Assembly (NCBI GenBank): GCA_964187785.1
Contig: OZ076409.1
Location: forward strand, 25,856,001-25,920,000
DNA from: Amphiscolops sp. MND2022
Lineage: Eukaryota
DNA: 64,000 bases
Direction: 5' to 3'
How positions within the stretch are numbered: position 1 is the stretch's first letter; each line of letters begins with the position of its first letter. A program made the translations under genes and the position numbers. A model generated the notes under the pieces. The model ran no database searches. It saw only the letters and a list, made by a program, of their open reading frames with translations, and was not told the DNA's origin. Below are positions 44,501-52,995 of the stretch, piece by piece.

Positions 44501-46654
44501 CCACCAGTCCGTCACATGTAAAATACGTGTAATGTTCATGCTGAAAATCATCTTTGCAAACAATGGCTTAACTAAAGTGGTCCGCATGTATTTAGTCTTG
44601 AAAGGAGTGCCGCCATTCCCCCCACTGAGCAATTTTACTCTAGTTCTAAGAAACGTTGCTAAATATAAATATGACGTAGCAGTGACGTTATCCTTCGAGG
44701 GCTTTTGCCCAGATTTGTTGCTATTTTTAGATACGTGACGCTGATAAAATTTGCTTGTCATGCTTTTCCTACTATATATTGGGAGACCGTAAGTCTCCCA
44801 AAAACAATCTTACGCTATTCAACTCAATTCAATTACACTCTGTTCAGTGACAATCTCTGATGCAAATTTGGACTTGAAGTCCGCAAATACCTTGTTTGAC
44901 TTGATTCAAAATATCCCGTTTTGTTTCTGTTGCATTCATTTCAGTTGGAGTAACTTAGTACAAACAATATAGTGTTATTTGAAAGGAATCTTTTAAATGC
45001 CTTCCACAAGAAAGCAGAAAGCAAGGGAAAAGCGATCAAGGCAATCAGACGTAATGTCTGATCTAGAAAATATGAATGTCATGTTGGGAAATTACCAAGA
45101 CAACCAATCAGACGTTGATCTGAATGAAAATGTAGAAATGGACTCAAGGTCCAACGGTACAAGGACCGACATGGTCAGGAATTGTGAGGATTTTAGAACA
45201 TTATTAGCATCTGAAAATAGAAATAGGTGCGAAATACCTACAGAAGCTAATAGACTCATTTCTGAGGAGATAGCTTGCCAAATGAATAGGAAAATGGATG
45301 AACTGAGAAGGAATTTAGACACGCAAATTACAGAGTCTATTAACTCTGCAATTCATGATTCAATCCTTCCTTCTATCCAAAATTCGTTATCAGGACAAAA
45401 AAGCGGGTTAGGTACAAATGTGGACTCAAGGTCCAGTAGATTAAGCAGGAACACCGAAGGTAAAAAGCACCAAAGTGCTTGGGGAGATACCCAATGTAGA
45501 GTACAATCAAATTCAAACAATCATCCCCAATCTAGAGATAACTCATTAAGCTCATTAGACTGTAGGGATGATCGCGACATCTTCTTAATCAAAATCAAAA
45601 AATTTTCGTGAAATAAAAGTATGTTCTCATTTTTTAATACCGCGATGTATCGCGATATAAGACTTAAAAATATACTGTTACCGTACCGTTTTAGTAAAAT
45701 GCTATACCGCAGGTCCCTATCATTAACCATTTCGGAAACATTCAAACAATTCTAAAATCTCGGAAAATTGGTCAAACATGAACGCTTTTGGATTGTTTCT
45801 AAGTAGATGGTCCTTTCGAGCCATATTTTAATCAAAAGAATTCCCGTTTCTCTTAAAAACGTAATGCGAGTGTTTCGTTGTTAAACTTTTTCACCTTTTA
45901 ACTTTCAATTAGAATTGAAACAATTGCATGTATATGGTTGAAAAAGGCACTTCTGGAAATTTTGGCTATGTTGGAGTCATTTTTAGGTACTTTATTAACC
46001 AAACTTTTCGGATTTTTGTTTTAAAAGCGTCCCGTTTTGAGATCTTATCGAGAAGAAAACGCCGCTCAGTTAGTATCTTTCCTTCCCATATTGGAATATG
46101 AGCGGAAAATAACAATTTTTTTTTGTATTTTAGGTGCCAGTGATCTGTTTAGCATTGTATGCGTACCGATACTCTTCAATCTTGGAGATGTTCCAGCAAG
46201 TCGAGGGTTTTTCACTCTCGTGTCAATATTGAATTCTATTGGGCAACGAGCAGATGACGTCATTATTTTACTCACGATTGATTGGTTCTTTCACAGAGTG
46301 AGGACCTCGCTTAATGTTTTACACGATGCGTATGGTGCTGCAATTGTGAGTCATTTCTGCCAAAATCAGCAACTGCTGTTGTCAACAAAAGAGCCCAAAA
46401 CCAAAAACGCCGTTGAAAAAACAAAACAAACCAAAGAAGTTGAAAATATACCTGATTCTACTGTGGCTGATACTTCTCGTTCAACCTCTCCTATGATTAG
46501 TTATGAGGTAAATAATAGTTCAAAGCCTGCACAATCAGTCAAATTTCTCCCTGTTACTTTTGCAATTCCAAACGGGGATCCATGGAATGGAAGAGGCAGC
46601 TTGAAATACGTGAATAGCACTTGGTGTTGCAATTCTCCGAGTCCCATCAATTGA
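8587..46654 (+). CDS. SLC1/EAAT-family amino-acid transporter, 5'-partial; exons 8587-8753, 8825-9414, 10140-10309, 46134-46654
   Basis: GT-AG junctions with compatible phases (0, 2, 1). Motifs: DLILDKFRNIFPEN, NLLG, YSPIG, TRKNP, PVTMKC, GAILNVDG..LYE, DWFFHRVRTSLNVLHDAYGAAIV. The N-terminal TM1-3 exons were not found. Confidence 0.85.
10941..12045. mobile_element. Possible non-autonomous DNA transposon with imperfect TIRs
   Basis: CTAGGTGAATAAAAAAACGGAACGCACAAAAATTTTG at 10941 and an inverted copy ending at 12045; a related copy lies at ~855-910. Confidence 0.4.
11258..11980. repeat. Foldback-like element with inverted arrays of ~15-bp AAATTTCGTCG units
   Basis: About 6 TTTCGTCG-like units at 11258-11355 and inverted CGACGAAAT units at 11903-11980. 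Confidence 0.6.
12215..13961 (-). repeat. 3' LTR of element A
   Basis: Direct repeat of 26890-28636. Confidence 0.97.
13870..14688 (-). CDS. Accessory sense ORF-X of element A (272 aa; acidic/Pro-rich N-terminus, C-terminal CxxCGK domain), stop inside the 3' LTR
   Basis: Homologous to 43276-44097 (B) and 52949-53998 (C): MSLQF start, GDCxVCGKS, AFQAGM, SQxAAC. Confidence 0.85.
   Translation of the reverse strand: MSLQFAVEDLISPSVSLSYLSSEEEDMDVDDPQKAPDEKGYDSDIEVIACYSEAQSTRPLGIAGRAMTTEFTDDGDLTLLEELYGRSIKTDTEPPSDLVDQILGIHPPSYSRKLSQERPIAECARISPIPDTPLSPPPHEQGCNVNNAGNPWSDDDFPYQPNNAHITGIAISNSGVCGLPNQVAFGDCIVCGKSFETIREEITFNFLEQTHLVGETYNTRLRRRNAFQAGMLAGSFTVIPRGVSQAAACDGNSYQVMVDENDLRYMPGTLPL
16160..20510 (+). 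CDS. Antisense spliced accessory gene of element A (~1280 aa, BED-like zinc finger plus hAT-transposase-like body); exons 16160-18154, 18307-18792, 18865-18999, 19073-19154, 19366-20510
   Basis: Donors GTAAGT/GTAAGT/GTTGGT/GTTAGT with AG acceptors join into one open frame (3843 nt). The same junctions occur in B and C. The true start may be ATG 16220 if 16014-16211 is an intron. Confidence 0.85.
20733..25787 (-). CDS. pol: pol of element A (PR, dUTPase-like segment, RT, RNase H, IN, GPY/F), expressed by -1 frameshift
   Basis: Motifs LVDTGA, YVDD, TDAS, ADYLSR, HHCC, D-D-E and WIGPY; ORF is in the -1 frame relative to gag. Confidence 0.95.
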   Translation of the reverse strand, partial: KKLKKLVLPRLQFNGKLRIRQYIISDPSTVFYIEYYSSLKKTSSADWQQQMRNTPTQFCTSDHRSDRLTSTTDYIRSLPLIPDYNPYYIDPDYGIDPYWDAQIYNQHELQFYANFNKPQTEIEPDCPMTDRALNHTLTIALVDPWQANTNSCVLPTQEEPDTKFNSFGPQVSLTSAVEARFVNTLVTRNGEPDYVPLTTNLGLKYKRRMLYFPMDFGELTLDGLVDTGALSSAIPEADLRKIRLLAPQSIVKEGPAPNFQIMVANGQLETPKSTVELKFEVGDIEFHEIFIVMEKLTSPLIGLSFLQRNNTILDMRQGVLNFPFFSMQLKTADHKYTNVMEPICTQEDITIPPNDRHLVTLSSQMYDDTTVTGILQPSNALTEDGDIAFCAALVTLTSGQVEIHLNNFTDHPYTLKRGSHVANFSVMTPGQMKYVKPIDPVTTWHLLQDNPENAAFYVSSLIKSSKPEDFRENYWFPTPEDPGDPQQHTPIQKRILTELLNLQELEKLNPQDDPESRRRFLANFDWTDSMLQSDEITRIENLLVEFHDIFARHRFDIGMNEEFKVKLTPKDDSPAYSQSLPTPINLKEDILVELALLQRYGIITTLPFSKYASPIFAQKKPNGKLRLLVDLRKINNLISDDYINNNHPVSTLTDAAQHMAGKKLFCKLDCSQAYHCLQMADQRSIEMLAFNFASRTFAYRRLAQGLSRALSAFSSFMREYLDKVIKADQCAQYVDDIGIAANDAEQLIKNLRATFQCIREAGLKLTMHKCHFGATEIDFLGRTITPVGVRPQRPRVQNFLENTKFPKSKKALQRYLGFLNYYRNYIPRLSERLTPFFKLLKNDEKVLVTPDLLEKFTDINKALDRCCELALKQPLPNKQIALMTDASFMAAGYAVLIEDDPQEKYTSTRKAFAPVAYGSKTFSPAQLKMSIYAKEFLAIFFAFKEFGHIFWGTPKPVIILTDNKSVTRFFQTKIIPPTLWNACDYVIQFNFTIAHIPGKNNTAADYLSRLEISPKEKLILRIREDIPTTPIELHVQSAGITEEEQIFYTDDEDETEEQIWQRKKKSRDNPSNQLPDISFQKFTTHHSNYQKLPICQKLANTNTVTIEQNNDVILQQLKLKIQKEEYSETILIQDTRYQHYLRQLDRLSIQNEIITRQYYDETGTVKYNQVLLPKHLVTELLESLHGKANRHPGIAKMLQEIRSKYYYPGIAKIVRKWVNGCETCIKDKRTPNELINPELLNLPEWTLGPEDAMQIDLLPNLPPSGGYENIITAMDVFSRYLFAYPVTDASAAITAKVIIDIMTKHTYLPTTLITDKGSAFTSKLVAEIAQILGIQIKCATTKHPQTIGKLERTHASLKTNLKMASGEYRRQWHKYLPLAVLNYNTSYHSTLGCEPSRIFHGRIPYNILDHKLGLNPNPQVLPTTDFAEEFQRRSQVLIDSTKKNIMQSYLKYKEYYDRKAKAAPLKLNDYCFILQPIADHQGSKIPFREFRWIGPYIIEKVLPNDNYIVRKLNSNKTQILHRIRLRKYEPNTDLQDVRPEGNLQPDDEIVIPQDDLYVITWETNFEDFASTRRQPTYEQSTERPEITSGEDTNFDQPDQILTDVDLQSTRHDETEETLPERIMPDSDDDSIPGEETSSGGSDTIVPEVSESENDEMIVENESPRGGRYNLRPNPTPNYSEEYRY
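25769..27487 (-). CDS. gag: gag of element A (572 aa, two CCHC knuckles), starting inside the 5' LTR
   Basis: CNYCKKPGHVKDDC and CPTCGKTNHPAERC; ATG 27487 lies inside LTR 26890-28636. Confidence 0.93.
   Translation of the reverse strand: MPSTRKQRAKERRSRQLDIMSDTENLDVMLGSYPRNELGNDSDRNGEIDLGSDGTRGDPLQNSEDFRSLLNSNSNENSESTVETMRLVNSEITKKIDELRRELNSQLVDVINSAITEKVLPDIRNLVSNQNPVFREEVDQRSSGLNRTTEAKFVKNAWKGNSKLNMATSSRQDYFRRNSENSQSSDDGHEEDIMTNSHDMVTGAKPTPRTVPEFLTGRPMHSREETQNSHSPRIQTLENVPPVQETDVNDGSDPIRRLADVLVGMNNKSSTQTLMVRPVSTTTLTFDGKSEKFELFEDLFHTMVKMQPEMTETMKINHFHSLLRKNALQTFRNISTANRQTLEDVLAVFRRKYVKPESQATAKHKWHKLVFDPNTMKLPDFLEELNQGAEKAFGENAQAMIDSLLYAKLPPKLKRSVNMARLENAWYEEIVTHLERELELNGLEGGDDIPVPTMSTAPTATRPGTGLLSSGIDPNITCNYCKKPGHVKDDCRKLKRKEEQRRNDGQDTKKEYPKCPTCGKTNHPAERCWKGAGAHLKPKNLKLEDAKQDEASPGQNETKDKQSTSILKNSKN
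25772..25787 (-). promoter_or_regulatory. Two tandem A-AAA-AAC slippery heptamers before the gag stop
   Basis: Minus strand reads TTA AAA AAC TCA AAA AAC TAG; the -1 frame is open into pol. Confidence 0.8.
26872..26889 (-). promoter_or_regulatory. Primer binding site TGGTGACAGGAGCC (priming tRNA uncertain)
   Basis: TGG adjacent to the LTR CA; the first 14 nt are identical in element B (31375). Confidence 0.75.
26890..28636 (-). repeat. 5' LTR of element A
   Basis: Direct repeat of 12215-13961. Confidence 0.97.
29121..29195 (+). repeat. tRNA-like Pol III head (SINE or tRNA pseudogene fragment)
   Basis: A-box-like TGGCATAGTGG (29127) and B-box-like GGTTCGAGTC (29179); no convincing cloverleaf. 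Confidence 0.4.
29790..31374 (+). repeat. 5' LTR of element B
   Basis: TGTCAC...CGCGACA, followed by TGG PBS. Confidence 0.95.
30792..37529 (+). pseudogene. gag-pol: gag-pol of element B with several frameshifts and stops
   Basis: ORF fragments 30792-31574, 31635-32741, 32976-34433, 34451-36094 and 36236-37513 are colinear with and highly similar to A gag/pol. Confidence 0.93.
37695..41981 (-). pseudogene. Antisense spliced accessory gene of element B; exons 41981-40083, 39897-39402, 39331-39200, 39130-39049, 38842-37695; ~10-nt insertion frameshifts exon 2
   Basis: Junctions orthologous to A. Peptide YTTNFSLSLSGRRDRAFYSFRQLCLYLRKLAKR is identical to A despite many synonymous changes. Confidence 0.85.
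43276..44097 (+). CDS. Accessory sense ORF-X of element B (273 aa), stop inside the 3' LTR
   Basis: Starts at MSLQF by homology to A; intact frame. Confidence 0.85.
   Translation: MSLQFSVDELIQPLVSLSYLSSEEEMEVDCPSTGTEQDQDQDSDIEVIACFRETSMPIPKKVGGRGMTLDLSSCADNDSLSNTLCSEGSYFNSEPNSELIDLVLGLHPPTGEPTGKEGHPMATCSLLAPVPDSPQSPPPHEKGHHTGPQLPQWDHDEPLWPWISHITGVAVQTSGYCGTQNLVQHGDCLVCGKSANIIHEEVTFDYLERTHRAGESYETRQRRRHAFQAGMQAGAFVLVPRGLSQSAACDGNSYQIVPNEMSDMPLPAGVLPL
44003..45579 (+). repeat. 3' LTR of element B
   Basis: Direct repeat of 29790-31374. Confidence 0.95.
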
Positions 46655-47192
46655 GCTGACATTCGAAACCATTTAGCCAAATTATAAGCAAGTAAATTTT
46701 TATTAATGGAACGACCGTTTGATTATAACTTAGTTGAATATTATAAACTTTATTTTGTGACTAATTGGACCAGTTATGGAGTTTGGGTTGTATAATTTTT
46801 GGGTTTTAAAGCTCTAATAGTGCTGAGATGTCCATCAACATCGACCATTTCAATGTGATCATGCATGAAACATGTAAACTCAAAGTTTCTCAAGAACAAT
46901 TTATGTCCATGCATGGAGTTACATGGATCTCAGAGCGTGAGACTGCTGCAGAGAAAACATGCAAAAAATAACCATGATTACTTATGTATTTATTTCCATT
47001 GTCGCAAAATATAGTTCACTATTAGAATTTGATAATGAGCTGTTTCGAAAGCATTAGGACGCTTGAAATAGAATTAGTTAACAATCAAAATGAACGAAAC
47101 CGAAGAAAACGTCCTTATGTAAAAAACATGGAAAACTAAGAAAAAATTGAACACTCTAAACAGAGCGAATTAGCTAATGGAGCATGACTCAC

Positions 47193-50100
47193 CTTATTAG
47201 GCATGAGAAGAGGCACTCCTTTTTTGAGGAACATGAGAGCCGTGTCAGGGTGACCACATTGAGATGCAATGTGCAACAGGGTACTGCCGTCCTGTAAAAA
47301 CCATCAGGTCATTCACAAGGTCAGCTTGAAGGTCAATTGAACACGAGTTTAATTCATTGGTTGCAATCACAACTACAGGATGCGAACACTTACAAGTGTA
47401 AAAAGTCTTGAAACTCTTGCCAAGAATCTTGCATATTCCTGAACCCCTTGGTAAGAATCTTGGCAAAATTACCTCATTTATCACGCAAGACAGTTCCGAA
47501 AATTTCTTCGTTCTAAATTCTAAATTTTAAATTTGCAAATTGAATTCTTCAAAAATTCGCACGAAATGGAAACGGTTAATTGAGCAACTGTTCCTGTTTT
47601 TGAACTGATTGACTCGTCTACTTACTTTTGTTCTGGCGGCAACAGAAGCCTTGAACTTGTCAATGAGAATTTCCACAACTGAAGTGTGTCCCCTTTCTGC
47701 AGAGATGTGCAGAGGGCTTCTGTCCATCTAAAAAGCATTCTAGATTAAGACACGTCTTTCATCATAACTTTTTACATCAATTTCCAAGCCTCCTTTATTC
47801 AAAAAACTTTTTTTCGTAGCAATTTTTACTTTGGAGTTCCTCAACTCTTTGTTTTCTTTTAATCATTACAACCTCATATACTCAAGCATTCTCAAATGAT
47901 TCAATGATCGAACCTTTCTAAACTTCATTCAGAGGCTTTGCTTGAAAATTGACATAGACGTTCATAAAATTTTCATCGAAAATAAATTGAGAATTTGGCT
48001 TGTTTACTGATTCAAATTTTCAAGTGGATTAAACCCGTCAGAAAGTGGTGTTCATTCGTTCATATTATAGCTCTAAGCGACCGAAGTTTCACTAATCCCG
48101 GTAGCACCATGCTGTTTTCGGACATTCGAACTCTCATAGCTAAAATTCAACTCTTCTCTCAATCTTACTTGATCACAGCGCTTAATCAAGACGCCTACTG
48201 TGTAAGTATTATAGCAGAGTATTATATCTCAGTTTTTAAAATGTTTACTTTCAAAACTTATATCTCGACTAAGTGTCTGTTTCATTGACCCAATTAAGCT
48301 AAGAGGTTGTTTCAAAAACTGAAGTTCTTCCCGAATAATTCATGTCTGTATTTTGCGCTTAACGTTTCAAAGTTACTTCATAATTGCCATAGTATTTGTC
48401 AACTTTTGTGGTTCCAAAAAGATTTTTTTGACAACTAAACTCAATTCAAATCAGAGCGTGTGTTGAAGAAAAATTCGTGAGGTCCTATGCAATCCCATAC
48501 ATGGCCATGCAAGCTTGCTTGGCTCATTGACGGCTAGGGAGGTAGAGGAACAAAGAGAGGACGCTCTAATCCATTGTTTTTTTACAATGTCATGTGTTTC
48601 AACAATGTTAAATTGTTTGTTTATGAAGATTTCAACTAATTTAAGTTTCCATCATTCCACTACGCATGTACCCATGTATGCTTCATGTATTTCCACGCTA
48701 AGAAATTCATGCGTGGTCATGACCATACAAAAGTTCTCATGGATCATTAATGATCGTGCATAGATTTACATGGTGTCTCATGCTGGGTAAATTTCATGAC
48801 ACCCATCACGGCGAATTGTCTTGATTTCTTCTCGCCAACATAACTCATTTCTTTAGTTCTCCTGCAATGCATATAGGTCTACAGAATACCTAGCATGACA
48901 TACCTAAAAATTTTGCGATGAAAATTTTGTACCTAATTTCTATTGTGATAAATTGGTAGGAATAAGAGTATCGTTCAAATGGTTTAACGAAATAATTTGT
49001 TGGGAAGGCTTTTAAGTGGAATTTTTGAGATACTTTTCTGAATCTGACCTTGTCTATGACGTGAGCACTGGCTCCTTTCTCATACAGATAACTCACTGTC
49101 TCTTCCATGCCCTCCCAGGCAGCCACGTGCAGAGGTGTGTGACCCTCATTCTACAAAAAAACACAGAAAATTAGATGTTGATTAAAAACAAAAACAAAGA
49201 AAAAGTGCTGATTTGAGAAAAGAACTGAGGTTTGAAGCTCCTTCAATGACTCGTCCATGATTCATGAGTTCACCGTGGCAAGAAGCACTTCATGATGATG
49301 GACAAGTGACCATGATGCCAATAATAATGATTGTACATGGAAAGCCGCGATACCATGGATGATCAAGGATAGAAAGAGATGAAATACACATAAGTTTTTG
49401 AATTTGCTCGGATTAGGTTAGATGTTGCAAATGCCCAATCTTTCATTTGCTTTAGGGATGCTGTTAACCCTAATTAGCATCGTGGTTCGTATTTGCACCA
49501 CTCAAGATCTGCAAACTTCTAAAGACACCAGCTGACCGTATGGTAAAGAAAACTCTTGAATAAGAATTTCAGACAATATTACATAACATTGCACGAATTT
49601 TCACGGATTGTTGAAAGTCCGGAGCCAGTGCGGTGAAGCAGCAGCTTAAGCCCAACAGTTCAAAAATCAAAATGAAAGCCCTGATTGTCTTCTTTCAAAC
49701 GGGCTAAAAATTGTTTGTCGGACTTGAATACTTCTGGAGATATTGCGGTTAAAATTTAAGCACCAGATTTTTGGATGGACCCCAAAAATTCATCCTTCAT
49801 TCCGGGTTAAACACCACTACATATTAATTTTTCACTTAAAATGGTCCACTGAAACTGGTAATTGAATGGTTAGTGTTAAAAAACGGTATGCAAATTTGTA
49901 CCAATACTCATTCGATTTATTCATAACTTTTGAGTTCGATAGAATAATTTTTCTGTTCCATCACTTTTCCAAAATTTTCTAGGTTTAATTTGATGTTATG
50001 TTTGCATATTTCCTTTGAAACATTTTCATCAACATAGTTTATTTCATTCGAACTCTTGATAAGTGTTTGCTGAATAGTACAAACTATCGTGTACGTACTG

Positions 50101-51230
50101 GAACCATCCATAGTTAACAAAACAAGTCACTTTCTGTCATGGATCTTCATGACTGAATCATGGGTATTCATCATAGACATAAACAGGAATGATTTACCAT
50201 GATTCGAATGTAAAGAAGTTTACCATGGACTATTCTTCATGATCCGTATAGAGATATCATTATGGCAATTATCATTAATTTCTGCCCACCTTTGAAATCG
50301 ATATTTCTTTCATACAAATTTAACTAGCATTTTGTGCGTCCAGTTGAGCTCCTTGGTCACAGAATAGTTTGACCAGCTCCATTTGCTTGTTTCTACAAGC
50401 CGTGTGCAAAACGGTATCCCCAGTTTTCTAAAAATAGATGTTCGTCTGATTGAAAATTCTGGAATTCTAATTCAGTAAAAACTTGCTAAAGCAGCTATTA
50501 CCATGTTGCTGTAAGTTACTTGCTCGGTGGCATTCAGAAGTAGTAGCTCACGACACAATGCAACGTTACCCACTTCGCATGCATACATTATGGGCAGGCA
50601 GCCTTCCTGTTAACATGGAACAAAAGGTGAGACTAAAAGTTACATAATATTCCACGAACTTTTTTGGGCACCCAAATATTTTTGTAATCTGAGGCAAAGT
50701 TTCCAACGGTGAAACATTGTTTTGCACGACGTTTGTCAACTATGTATTTTAGGCCCATAACACTATATCCAACGCAACGTACGATGTTATGCATGTCCAT
50801 GGAACAGAAAAGAGCCGCTGCATTTAAAAGCAAAACTGGTTCACAGTTAAACCTGCAAAACTTCAAGGCTTCGAACTGCCGCCAAATTGAAGATGGACTT
50901 TTCAAACCGCTTAATAAAAATTGAGTACAAGATTCCGTGAGTTTCAGAGAATCATCACGAAAGTTGTTGGCAATACCGAAAGCAATGTGAACAAGGCTAG
51001 TTAAATTGGGATCGAAAAGAAAATGACACTATAAATGGATCGAACTCCTTTGAATATTTTTCAACTTTAAAAACTGCCTACCAATAGATATTTTAATTTG
51101 TGCTGTGAAGTAAATCTCTAACCGCGTCCGGGGCCATTCTATGTTCTCTGCCCCGTCGGATGAAGATTCTGGCCACATCAGCTGATCCAGGCCTGGCACA
51201 TGCATAATGTACAGGTGTACACTGCCCTCC
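47193..51230 (-). CDS. nompC: NompC/TRPN-like channel, internal ankyrin-repeat exons 51230-51123, 50606-50502, 50427-50329, 49150-49049, 47727-47626, 47291-47193
   Basis: Phase-0 exons of 99-108 nt, each one ankyrin repeat. DRSPLHISAERGHTSVVEILIDKFKASVAARTK-DGSTLLHIASQCGHPDTALMFLKKGVPLLMPNK matches TRPN/NompC repeats as I recall them. Confidence 0.8.
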
Positions 51231-51576
51231 CTTGTTGAAACAAATTTTGATTATTCCAATTTACGCTGGATCAGAACAAATGCAATCATTGCAAGGATCT
51301 CACAAGATCCTTATCTTCAATGCATTCCTAGAAAGATCTTGCAGGTAAATACATTCATAGCATGAATTTCACAAGGAAATGTAACTCTTTGCAAGAAAAG
51401 CGATTTTCTCAATCCGTGTACACTGATGTTTCTAAAATATTGAACCGAACGAGTCGAACTCAATCAATTTTTTTATTTCGCTTTACCCGAAAATTCTAAC
51501 AGAAGGTACGTATTATATTATATTTGACATTCTATTGTTTTTTTGAGGTGCTCCGGCCCGAAGTTGAAAATATTGA

Positions 51577-52995
51577 TGTGATAATCCTCCTCATCGGATT
51601 CCTCATTAAAGATAACTGTTGCATCTAATGTTGTGTCATTTTGGTGTATAGGTTTAGCGGGATGCCTTAGATCTCTCATTTCTGAGGCTTTGAGGGGAAT
51701 ATCTTCGTTTTCAGAGTCTATACTTTCGTTATCAGATGCGTTTACTCCCATAGACCTTTTGCCCTTGGATCCCGATGGTTGCATGCTTTCTATTTCATTC
51801 ATCTCAGATCTAGGATTAGTTGTCATAGATGTGCTTTTATTGGTTTTTATCTCCATCAGAATCGCATCTAATTTGTTCTCCATCTCTTCTCTCATTTTAG
51901 TGATTCTATCGTTGTTTTTCTGTTCAAAAACCTCGGTCCAAGCTTGAATTTCGTTACTGACTTGGCTGGGTTCAACTAGTCTGGGTCTCAAATTAGTTTC
52001 ACCTAAACTTTCTTGACTTTGTAAACTAACATTAGTTAAAGTTTCATTACCTTGACTTGGAGTTTCTATGCGTACTTCGCTTGCCTCTCTCTCTCCGGGG
52101 ACGGAGTTTCTAACCTTCTGGACCTTCGATTTCTTCTATTTCCCATCTTGCTCAAGAGGAAAATTGGGTTGAAGTGCAGAAAGAATTTGAATTTATTCGT
52201 CAAGGTTGTGAAAACAATTCAGGTGAAACAAAGAGTTATCAAGGAAACTGCTTTTACAGTGTTTGGGTTTACTGTTACAGAGCAACTGTCTCTGGTCCCA
52301 GTTATATTTCAACTGAAGTAAAACTGCACTTTTACTGATGAAAAATTACAAAGCATGACACTCAATTTTAGGGTTGTCATCGATCCAAAAATACTATAGA
52401 TAGACTTACGTCAGGGTAACGTAATTCTATATATAACTTACAAATAGTAATTGCATGACTTCCAATAATCTAACTATGCTAAAGCAACAAGTCCCTGGGA
52501 AACTGCCGAATGCCGCATATACGTATGATCAAAGCTTATTAAAAGCACCAATAAAACATGTTATAAGTTAGAATCCGCATGGTACCGCATATGCGTTACC
52601 CGGATTACCGCATAATGACGCATACTCATCGTTACTAAACTCACACAGTAAAGTGTTAATGGCGTTACGTTCACAAAATTAGTTCAGAAAAGACGTCACG
52701 TTGTTCTAGCTCCGAAGTTAATGAGTGCATATGTTCATTCATGTCAACAAAATGAAAGCATCAATGTTTAAGGCACTTGTCAAAGCATAAACATCAAACT
52801 ATAAGATTAAAGAGTTTGCATGACATTTTCAAGGTATCAACTGAAAATTAAATCAACATAAATAACAAAAAGGAAGTTAAGAGTGCTCAAGAGTTTCAAG
52901 TCCTCGAGTTGTTTTAGGGTTCTTTTGGAGATGACTAAGTATTCTCGTTTAGGGTTGTTGCCCAACAGCTCCAGCACAACTGTGGGATTGTGACA
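51577..52995 (-). repeat. 3' LTR of element C (~1419 bp, inferred)
   Basis: Terminal inverted repeat TGTCACAATCC / TGTGATAATCC. The boundary falls at the same GLSQ codons of ORF-X as in A and B. Contains the frameshifted gag start (ATG 52146). Confidence 0.8.

Larger units (their letters stand above)
29790..45579 (+). mobile_element. Element B: 15.8-kb sister of element A, decayed
   Basis: LTRs 29790-31374 and 44003-45579 (~98% identical by eye, one 8-bp indel), perfect TCTTC TSD, PBS at 31375, same gene order as A. Confidence 0.96.
29195..45719 (+). mobile_element. hAT DNA transposon remnant (transposase C-terminus 29195-29789 plus 45585-45614, right TIR ending 45719), interrupted by element B
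   Basis: FLDPNY and W..H..KY..L..AARK......T.SERLNS.AG.V.S.RR.RLS.E..EQLVLL dimerisation domain, resuming NQNQKIFVK* after the TSD. Terminus ...GCAGGTCCCTA (TAGGG type) with TACCG subterminal repeats. Confidence 0.8.
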
